From NCBI GenBank assembly GCA_036259475.1, contig DATABS010000021.1, forward strand, positions 305-64,304: 64,000 nt of DNA. Reading direction: 5' to 3'. Of the stretch, positions 57,210 through 64,000 are shown in pieces. Origin of the DNA: Acidimicrobiia bacterium. GTDB taxonomy: Bacteria; Actinomycetota; Acidimicrobiia; Spongiisociales; ZC4RG35. The notes beneath the pieces are model-generated. The model did not search any database, was not told the DNA's origin, and saw only the letters and a program-made list of their open reading frames with translations. The stretch's first letter is position 1. Each line of letters starts with the position of its first letter. Position numbers and translations under genes: made by a program.

Positions 57210-58811
57210 GTGGCGATCAGTCCTATGACCGCCACCACCCTCGGCATCCCTGGCTCCGACCATCGCTGGGACGACCTGTCGCCTACGGGCGCCGACACCC
57301 GCCAGGAGCTCGCCATCCGCTACCGCGACCAGGTGGGTGAGCACTTCGGTAATCCCGATCCCGATCAAAGACACGCGGCCATCGTCCTGGCCGGCTACCT
57401 CGATGTGGCGATCAGCCAGTACCAGAGCGGTGACTACCTGCGCGACGTCAGCCACATCTACTGCGGCTTCAGCGAGGTACGTGACATCTTCGACATCATG
57501 CCCCGCGACACCGCCGTCGCATGGTCGAACATCGCAGCACGCCTCTCCTCGATCGGCGAGCCGCTCCGGGGGTGGCGGAGTCTTCTCGAGAAGGCCCTCA
57601 GTCAGGAAGTTGTCGTGGCTCGGCGTCAGGTCGAGTCGGTCATCGAGCAGGCCGAGGCTCTTGCGGGACCCGATTCGATGTTCGAAGGTCTGCGGTCCGA
57701 GGCAAGCGCCGCCGGGTTCTCCACCGACGAACTGGATACAGGTATCTCGGTCGCCCGCCGCGAGGCAGCCGACGTCGCCAACTGGCTCCGAGAGGAGTAC
57801 CTGCCTCACGCCGCCGTCGAAGACGGCGTGGGGGAGGAGCGTTACGGGCGGTCGGCCGAGGAGTTCCTCGGTCTGGTCATCGACCCCCGGGAGGTGTACG
57901 AGTGGGGCTGGGAGGAGCTCGCCCGGCTCCGCACCCAGATCCAGATTGTTGCCGCCGAAGTGGACCCGGATCGCTCCGTCGAAGAGGTGATCGAGCTGCT
58001 GGAGACCGATCCGGCCCGGGCGGTGGACCGGGCGGACTTCCCCCGCTTCGTCGAGCAGCGCCTGGAGGATGCCGTCCGCGATCTCGACGGATCGCACTTC
58101 GACGTCCCCAAGCGGATCAAGGCGGTCAGCGTCAATCTGGCGCCTCCGGGTGGGGCCCTCGGAGCCTGGTACATCAATCCCTCCACGGACTTCCGGCGTC
58201 CCGGCTCCGTTTGGTACGCCCTCGGGGAACGTCAGCGGATCCCCCTCTGGCAAGAGGTGTCGACGGCCTACCACGAAGGATTTCCGGGCCATCATCTCCA
58301 GATGGGCGTATCGATGTGTCAGTCCGAACGGCTGTCGGAAGCCCAGCGTCTCCTGGTCTGGTACTCGGGCTACGGCGAAGGCTGGGCTCTCTACGCCGAG
58401 CGACTGATGGACGAGCTGGGCTACTTCGAGCTGCCCGAGTACCGACTCGGCATGCTCGCCTCGCATGTTTTTCGCGCCACCCGCGTGGTGGTAGACATCG
58501 GCACCCATCTGGGGTACTCGATCCCCGAGAACGCCCCGCTCCACGCCGGTGAGACATGGACCTACGACATCGCGGTCGACTACATCGAACAGGTGGCTTA
58601 TCAGCCCCGTGATATCTCCGAGAGCGAGGTCAAGCGTTATCTGGGCTGGCCCGGCCAGGCCATCTCCTACAAGGTGGGCGAACGCGAGATCCTGGACATC
58701 CGCAGCCAGTTGGAGAAGAAGGGCTCCTTCGACCTCAAAGAGTTCCACCGTCGGATCCTCGAGGGAGGCGAGTTGCGCCTCGACTACCTCCGCCAACGCC
58801 TCCTGGGCTGA
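57210..58811 (+). CDS. DUF885 family protein (putative metallopeptidase fold)
   Basis: YHEGFPGHHLQ motif. The family-typical N-terminus extends upstream of the first canonical start; see findings. Confidence 0.8.
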   Translation: MAISPMTATTLGIPGSDHRWDDLSPTGADTRQELAIRYRDQVGEHFGNPDPDQRHAAIVLAGYLDVAISQYQSGDYLRDVSHIYCGFSEVRDIFDIMPRDTAVAWSNIAARLSSIGEPLRGWRSLLEKALSQEVVVARRQVESVIEQAEALAGPDSMFEGLRSEASAAGFSTDELDTGISVARREAADVANWLREEYLPHAAVEDGVGEERYGRSAEEFLGLVIDPREVYEWGWEELARLRTQIQIVAAEVDPDRSVEEVIELLETDPARAVDRADFPRFVEQRLEDAVRDLDGSHFDVPKRIKAVSVNLAPPGGALGAWYINPSTDFRRPGSVWYALGERQRIPLWQEVSTAYHEGFPGHHLQMGVSMCQSERLSEAQRLLVWYSGYGEGWALYAERLMDELGYFELPEYRLGMLASHVFRATRVVVDIGTHLGYSIPENAPLHAGETWTYDIAVDYIEQVAYQPRDISESEVKRYLGWPGQAISYKVGEREILDIRSQLEKKGSFDLKEFHRRILEGGELRLDYLRQRLLG

Positions 58812-58819
58812 ATCGATCT

Positions 58820-59092
58820 TGTGGGGGGTACTTCCCCCCACACCCCCCACGGCTGCTCGTCATAGGTGTCCGTAGTGGTCGGGGCCATCCGAGTGCGGTG
58901 ATCTTAGGAATGGGCTATCCCTAATTGTGTTCGGTGTACTCCCCACACCCCCCACGGCTGCTCGTCGTAGCTGTCCGTCGTGGTCGGGGCCATCTCAGCG
59001 AGGTGTTGCTAAGAAACGATCATCTATTGGCCACAGTGGCCGGTTGGACGCACGGCCCACCTGACTCCCACTCTTCCGACTTCCGACTTCCC
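58820..59092. repeat. Intergenic repeat element, copy B
   Basis: Parts: hairpin GTGGGGGG-TACTT-CCCCCCAC plus ACACCCCCCACGGCTGCTCGTC; a ~105-bp unit tandemly duplicated (the second copy is 5'-truncated at 58934); a GGCCACAGTGGCC palindrome; and degenerate GACTTCC heptamers (59073-59092). GC is lower than the surroundings. Confidence 0.55.
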
Positions 59093-59100
59093 CACTTGGA

Positions 59101-60246
59101 TCAGCAGCCCGCTTGTTGCAGCGTCGGGAAGGGATTCACCGCCTCGCCGTCTCCCGGGTGGACCTCGAAGTGCAGATGGGTCGGTCCGCCGCGGGCGTTG
59201 CCCGTGTCGCCCACATAGCCGATCACTTGGCCGGCCTCGACCCGACCCGAGCGGCCGAACGCATCGAGGTGGGTCCCCACATAGGTGACGCCGTCGTCGC
59301 CGTGCAGGAAGAACTGCAACCCGCCCACCGTGCCGGTGATGAGCTTGATCTCACCTCCGACCGGTGCCACGACTTCGGTGCCTCGGGGAGCGAACAGGTC
59401 GGTTCCCTGGTGAAAGCGCCCATCGGACCGGGGAAAGCCCCAGTCGTTCACGTAGGTGGCGCCGCTCACCGGGCATACCCAGCCCGACCCCGGGATGGTG
59501 AGCGTCTGGCCTACCCGAATACGGTTCACGTCCACTATGTCGTTGGCGCGGGCCAGGTCGTCCGTTCCCACGCCGTACTGCCGGGCGATGGAGCCCAAAG
59601 TCTCACCACTGGCCACTGTGTGGCTTCCGACGCTACTCCCCGAGTCCGCCGCCTCTGCGACGAACGAGTCGCCCGACAGTGCCAGTCGGGTACCCACGTA
59701 GATCCGGGAAGGGTCGGTGATCCCGTTGGCCTGGGCCAGCTGGGAAACGGGCACCCCGTACCTGGCGGCGATGGAGGCGAGAGTCTCTCCCGCCTCGACG
59801 ACATGGAAAGAGGTGCCGTTGGCGGCGTCGTCGTCGGAGTCGCCGCTGCGTGCGGGGATCTTCAGCTTCTGGCCGATCCGCACGAGGTTGGGATCGGACA
59901 GCTCGTTGGCTGAAGCGATATCGGAGACTGCCGCCTCGTACCGATTGGCAATCACGCCGAGCGTCTCGCCGGCAGCCACGACATGGATGCGGGCCGGCGC
60001 TCCGTCCTGGCCGGGGATCACGATCTCCTGACCAGGAAGAATGAAGTCAGGATCGGAGATGTCCCCGTTGCTGTCCAGCAGAGCCTGGAGAGACACGCCG
60101 TGCGCGGCGGCGATGGCGGACAGGGTGTCACCGGACTTGACCTCGTAGGCCACGGATCCGGCTACCACCATTAGAGCCAAGAGCCCACCGATCAGGTAGG
60201 CCCGAAGTCGTCTGTCGGTCGACACCAAAAAGGTCGACGTCATCAT
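59101..60246 (-). CDS. Peptidase M23 family protein with four LysM domains
   Basis: Four repeats of Y.V..GDTL..IA (LysM). C-terminal HQGTDLFAPRGTEVVAP...GYVGDTGNARGGPTHLHFEV is the M23 HxxxD/HxH signature. Confidence 0.85.
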   Translation of the reverse strand: MMTSTFLVSTDRRLRAYLIGGLLALMVVAGSVAYEVKSGDTLSAIAAAHGVSLQALLDSNGDISDPDFILPGQEIVIPGQDGAPARIHVVAAGETLGVIANRYEAAVSDIASANELSDPNLVRIGQKLKIPARSGDSDDDAANGTSFHVVEAGETLASIAARYGVPVSQLAQANGITDPSRIYVGTRLALSGDSFVAEAADSGSSVGSHTVASGETLGSIARQYGVGTDDLARANDIVDVNRIRVGQTLTIPGSGWVCPVSGATYVNDWGFPRSDGRFHQGTDLFAPRGTEVVAPVGGEIKLITGTVGGLQFFLHGDDGVTYVGTHLDAFGRSGRVEAGQVIGYVGDTGNARGGPTHLHFEVHPGDGEAVNPFPTLQQAGC

Positions 60247-60335
60247 GGAGAAGCCTCTCCGGCCCCTGTTCCGCCCGAGAGGATGGCCACGCTACCGTCA
60301 TACGCTCCGTTTTCCAAGGTTTGGCTGCCCAAATT

Positions 60336-60353
60336 CCGTTTGCGCGAAAACGG
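60336..60353 (-). terminator. Hairpin CCGTTT-GCGCGA-AAACGG followed on the minus strand by AATTTGGG; likely the rlmN terminator
   Basis: Seen directly, 2 nt past the rlmN stop. Confidence 0.35.
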
Positions 60354-60354
60354 A

Positions 60355-61428
60355 TCAGCCGATCGAGACGGGTTGGGGGCGGTGGGCGGCGCGTAGCTGG
60401 CCGCAGGCGGCGTCGATGTCGGTGCCCCGGGTATCCCGCACAGTGGTGGTCACGCCCAGGCCCGTGAGGATCTCTACGAAATCGGTGATGCGAGTCTTCG
60501 ACGAGGCGGTCTGGCGGGTGAGGGGAGTGGGGTTGAGGGCGATGAGGTTCACGTGAGCCCGGATGCGTCGGGCGATGTCGGCCAGCTTGCGGGCCTGTTC
60601 GTCGGTGTCGTTGACGCCGTTCATCATCGTCCACTCGATGGAGACCCTCCGCCCGGTCTTCTCGAAGTACTCGCTGGCGGCACGTTCAAGGTCGGCGATG
60701 GGGTAGCGGCGGTTGATCGGAACGAGGTTGGACCGGAGTTCGTCGTCAGCAGCGTGGAGGCTGATCGCCAGGTTGATCGGCCACCCCTCACTGGCGAGAC
60801 GCCGGATGCCGGGGATCATCCCCACCGTGGAGACGGTGAGAGAGCGAGGCGACATCCCCATCTCATCGATCATCCGCCGGATCGCCTCCCTGACCCGGTC
60901 ATAGTTCGCCAGGGGCTCACCCATGCCCATGAACACCACGTTCGTCACATGATCCGGCGCTCGTGGCATTCCGATCTGGCGGAGGAACGCTCCGGCGTAT
61001 GCCACCTGGGCGACGATCTCGCCCGCCTGGAGATGGCGATCGAAGCCGAATTGGCCGGTCGCACAGAAAGTGCAACCCAGCGCACATCCGGCCTGGGATG
61101 AAATACAGAGCGTCGCCCGCCGGGGATAGCCCATCAACACTGCTTCGATCTCGGCTCCGTCCCGCGTCCGCAACAGCCACTTGCGCGTCAGCCCCTTGTC
61201 ACCAACCTGGTCGGCGACGACGTCGAAGGGCCACAGCTGGAGCGACCGACGAACATGGGCCGGCAGGTTCGTCATGTCGGCCGTGTCGAGGACCGGCATC
61301 CGATATAGCCAGTGACGCAACTGCTTCGACCGGTACGGAGGCTCCTCCCCGAGGAGGGACGCCAGATCGTCGGGATGGGTCAGGTAAGCCACGGGACATG
61401 AATGGTATCGGCACGGTGGTCGTTCCAC
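60355..61428 (-). CDS. rlmN: 23S rRNA (adenine2503-C2)-methyltransferase RlmN (radical SAM)
   Basis: CISSQAGCALGCTFCATG (Cx3Cx2C) and the overall RlmN/Cfr architecture. Confidence 0.9.
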   Translation of the reverse strand: MERPPCRYHSCPVAYLTHPDDLASLLGEEPPYRSKQLRHWLYRMPVLDTADMTNLPAHVRRSLQLWPFDVVADQVGDKGLTRKWLLRTRDGAEIEAVLMGYPRRATLCISSQAGCALGCTFCATGQFGFDRHLQAGEIVAQVAYAGAFLRQIGMPRAPDHVTNVVFMGMGEPLANYDRVREAIRRMIDEMGMSPRSLTVSTVGMIPGIRRLASEGWPINLAISLHAADDELRSNLVPINRRYPIADLERAASEYFEKTGRRVSIEWTMMNGVNDTDEQARKLADIARRIRAHVNLIALNPTPLTRQTASSKTRITDFVEILTGLGVTTTVRDTRGTDIDAACGQLRAAHRPQPVSIG

Positions 61429-61450
61429 GCCGGTCCCTACACTCGCTCCA

Positions 61451-62815
61451 ATGCTGGATTCGCTACGTCAGACGTGGAGCCGGGACGCGATCGGATTTCG
61501 CCAGGGCGAACTCGAGGACGGGGACGGGGTTGCCACGATGACAGTGACGCTCATCGGGGGGCCGGCCCTGTTCGTGGGCGCCATCCTCGTCACGGTCGAC
61601 GGGCTCAGCTTGGGCCAGGTGCTGCTGATCGCTCCGATCGGTGCCCTCCTTGGGGCGGGCGTGGTGAGTTCGTCCGCCGCCATGGCTGCCCAGACGGGCG
61701 CCAACGGGGCGTGGCTCCTCCGGCCCTCATTCGGGAGGAGCGGCTCACTCCTGGTCTCGATTCTCCGGTTGATGATGGTGGTTCTGTGGGCGGTGATCGG
61801 TCTACAACTCGCCGCCGGCTGGTCCCAAGACGCCATGACCGACTTGGAAGTCGCCCTGCCGACTCGCGTCGCGGTTGTGGTCTTGGGGGTGCTGGGACTC
61901 CTCCTGGCGGCGGCAGGGCTGGTCCAGACCATAAAAACGTTGATTCGCAAGCCGCTCTTCATCTCGTCCGTTTTGCTGCTCGGTCTCTTCGCCCTACGCC
62001 TCGCCTCCTCCGGTGGTGGCTTCGCCGGAGGGGGAAGCGAATCGTTCTGGCAGGGGGTGCAGCGAGCGGTGGAGCTGTCGGCCGTGTTCGTCCCGTTCGT
62101 GGAGTCGGTGGCTCGACGCCTGGACAACGACGAGGACGCCCAGAGCAGCTTCAGTGTGTCGTATGCGATTCCAGCCACGTTGATGATCGCCGCCGGAGGC
62201 GTACTGGCCTTCCGCCTCGGAGGAATCGGAGAGATGATCGGCATCGACGCCGGCACCGCCGCAGTAGTGGCGGTCTTGGCCTGGGTACTTATCGCCGAAG
62301 TCGACCAGGCTTTCTCGTCGTTCGTGGCGGCCGGGTCGGAGGCGACGGGAATCGTCCGGGTCCTGCCCACCTGGCTGATCGGATTGATCCCGGTGGTCGC
62401 GGTGGTGGCGGCGGCGATGTTGCTACCCGAGATGCCTACCGGCTGGGCGGCGTTGGCAGCCGCCATCGTCTTTCCGGCGGCCGTCATCACCGCGTTCGAC
62501 TTCCATTGGGTCAACGACCGGTACTACGCCGAGACGGATATCTATGGCAGCGGCGGCCGTTCCTTCAACGTCGCCGGCGTCGGCTGCTGGCTGGGTGCGG
62601 TGGTCCTCGGGCAGCTGTTGGAGCCGATCGGTCCCGAGGAATGGACCGGCCTGGTTCCGAATGTCCTTCCCGAGGTCGACCTGCCATGGCGGCTGATCGC
62701 CTCCCTGGTGGCGGCGACGGCGTACCTGCTCATCACCCGCTGGAGCGGCTATCGGACGACGTCGGTCTACGAGGTGCGCGGCGTGAATGCCTACGGGCGC
62801 CAGGACGACGCCTGA
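61451..62815 (+). CDS. Polytopic membrane transporter, purine-cytosine/NCS1-like permease (tentative)
   Basis: 12 predicted TM helices. LRPSFGRSGS resembles the CodB-type loop. No strong motif. Confidence 0.55.
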   Translation: MLDSLRQTWSRDAIGFRQGELEDGDGVATMTVTLIGGPALFVGAILVTVDGLSLGQVLLIAPIGALLGAGVVSSSAAMAAQTGANGAWLLRPSFGRSGSLLVSILRLMMVVLWAVIGLQLAAGWSQDAMTDLEVALPTRVAVVVLGVLGLLLAAAGLVQTIKTLIRKPLFISSVLLLGLFALRLASSGGGFAGGGSESFWQGVQRAVELSAVFVPFVESVARRLDNDEDAQSSFSVSYAIPATLMIAAGGVLAFRLGGIGEMIGIDAGTAAVVAVLAWVLIAEVDQAFSSFVAAGSEATGIVRVLPTWLIGLIPVVAVVAAAMLLPEMPTGWAALAAAIVFPAAVITAFDFHWVNDRYYAETDIYGSGGRSFNVAGVGCWLGAVVLGQLLEPIGPEEWTGLVPNVLPEVDLPWRLIASLVAATAYLLITRWSGYRTTSVYEVRGVNAYGRQDDA

Positions 62816-62821
62816 TTTACC

Positions 62822-63166
62822 TCAGTTGCTCAGGGCTCGGGCGGCGTCGACCCATCCGTTGGCTCGCGCCACCGGGACCTGAGCGGCGTCGGCCAACCGC
62901 TCCGGGTCAGCCAGCGCTAGGTCGGCCACCGAGTTGAACCCGGCGGCAGCCAACCGCGTGGCGTAGACAGGTCCGATTCCCTTCACCTCGGTGATGGTCG
63001 GTGTCGCCGTCTCAGGTTCGGACGGCTCCGGTCGTGGTTCGGGCACACGGAAGGCGGGTGGCTGTGGTTCGCGGGAAACCGCAACCGAGATGAGCCTGTC
63101 CCGCATCGCCCAGATGACAGCCCCCAGCCCTCCGATGACTCCGATGATTCGGCCTATTCGTCTCAC
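62822..63166 (-). CDS. Small membrane-anchored helix-hairpin-helix protein
   Basis: An N-terminal TM helix, a Pro-rich linker, and ITEVKGIGPVYATRLAAAGFNSVADLA (HhH). Confidence 0.5.
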   Translation of the reverse strand: MRRIGRIIGVIGGLGAVIWAMRDRLISVAVSREPQPPAFRVPEPRPEPSEPETATPTITEVKGIGPVYATRLAAAGFNSVADLALADPERLADAAQVPVARANGWVDAARALSN

Positions 63167-63209
63167 GGCCCACAGCGTAACGCGGCCGGCCGCTCGATAA
63201 GGTTGCCCG

Positions 63210-64000
63210 ATGCGAGTCGATTTCTACTACCCGCCGGGTTCTCCGTTGGGCGCCCGGTCGGCAGCCGAGCAAGCCGCCAGGGTCGGCTACGACGGCTTCT
63301 TCACCGCCGAGACTGCCCACGATCCGTTTCTGCCCCTCGTCATGGCTGCCGACACTGCCCCTGAACTGGTCCTGGGCACCTCCATCGCAGTGGCGTTTCC
63401 CCGCTCCCCGATGGTGACCGCCATGATCTCATGGGACCTCGCCGAGGCCTCAGGGGGAAAGTTCATCCTCGGCCTGGGCACCCAGATCAGAGCCCACATC
63501 ACCCGTCGCTTCTCGACTGAGTGGGACAGCCCGGGACCGAGGTTGCGGGACTACGTTCGCTCCCTCCGGGCGATCTGGGACGCCTGGCAGAACCAGACAC
63601 CCCTGAAGTATGAAGGCGACTTCTACCGCTTCACTCTGATGACGCCATTCTTCGACCCGGGCCCGATCAAGCATCCCGAGATACCGGTCGCCATCGCCGG
63701 AGTCGGTCCGTACCTCAGCCGATTGGCCGGGGAACTGTGCGACGGCTTCCACGTGCATCCCTTCCATACGGCTGCCTATCTGGATCAGGTGGTCATTCCT
63801 AACATCGCGGCGGGAGCCGAGGCCGCCGGCCGCTCATTGGACGACTGCCAGCGAATCTCGACCGTGTTCGTCGTAACCGGAGCCAACGACGAGGAGATGG
63901 CTCAATCCATGGAGGCGGTCAAGCAGCAGATCGCCTTTTATGCCTCCACGCCGTCATACTCGGGCGTTCTCGAGGCCAGCGGTTGGGACTTCGGTCCTCA
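63210..64000 (+). CDS. LLM-class F420-dependent oxidoreductase (luciferase-like), 3' end outside the window
   Basis: ATG at 63210. TIM-barrel LLM wording (GFFTAETAHDPFLPL...GLGTQIRAHITRRFS...IAGVGPY). Confidence 0.75.
   Translation, partial: MRVDFYYPPGSPLGARSAAEQAARVGYDGFFTAETAHDPFLPLVMAADTAPELVLGTSIAVAFPRSPMVTAMISWDLAEASGGKFILGLGTQIRAHITRRFSTEWDSPGPRLRDYVRSLRAIWDAWQNQTPLKYEGDFYRFTLMTPFFDPGPIKHPEIPVAIAGVGPYLSRLAGELCDGFHVHPFHTAAYLDQVVIPNIAAGAEAAGRSLDDCQRISTVFVVTGANDEEMAQSMEAVKQQIAFYASTPSYSGVLEASGWDFGP

Noticed and set aside
56135-58850. 393-aa minus-strand ORF over the APH-like gene and 566-aa minus-strand ORF over the DUF885 gene
   Set aside because: The first is out of frame to the APH-like gene and the second antisense to the DUF885 gene; both have artefactual composition.
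61468-62514. 348-aa minus-strand ORF inside the permease gene
   Set aside because: Antisense to the permease gene; T/A/P-rich low-complexity text.

Overview
This 64 kb window is a ~70% GC chromosomal segment that looks actinobacterial. The evidence is F420/LLM and PPOX-type genes, a large NAD-glutamate dehydrogenase, an MprAB-PepD-like module and the codon bias. I could not see any rRNA, tRNA, CRISPR array, transposase or integrase. About 65 protein genes are packed on both strands, and the six-frame track also contains many long antisense or off-frame ORFs typical of high-GC DNA, which I rejected.

Recognisable content includes:
- A nucleoside/sugar-type ABC transporter whose permease is fused in frame to an amidohydrolase.
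- YcaQ/AlkZ-like DNA glycosylase, ArsM and an AAC(6')-Ib-like GNAT.
- Two copper modules: Sco-PCuAC-CtaG, and CopC/CopD-YcnI-unknown.
- Trehalose/maltose metabolism genes (OtsB, TreS-like GH13, GH65 phosphorylase plus beta-phosphoglucomutase).
- PFK, NhaA-DsbA, a CNNM/CorC protein, a cyclase-NB-ARC-TPR giant, an MprA/MprB/HtrA module, RlmN and a LysM-M23 peptidase.

Most worth a second look:
- (i) A repeat family found in two convergent intergenic regions (about 46780-47021 and 58820-59092). Each has a GTGGGGG(G)-TACTT-CCCCC(C)AC hairpin followed by tandem GACTTCC heptamers.
- (ii) A small transcription unit (about 29016-29455) with a promoter-like AT patch, hairpin, near-perfect Shine-Dalgarno sequence (SD), GTG start and downstream terminator. 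Its two-helix membrane peptide is split over two reading frames.
- (iii) A standalone NuoF-like flavoprotein flanked by two translationally coupled small ORFs, one a 34-aa CxxC peptide.
- (iv) Several frameshifted genes or remnants: an alpha/beta hydrolase near 9205, and an ArsR/VOC fragment at 14226-14412. These mean either real gene decay or indel errors in the assembly.
- (v) A secreted protein with three cysteine-pair SLH-like repeats plus GerMN and Gmad2 domains.

Coordinates of sub-ORF features (starts, hairpins, repeats) were read by eye from the listing and may be off by a few bases. No database search was possible; all family names are from motif recognition.
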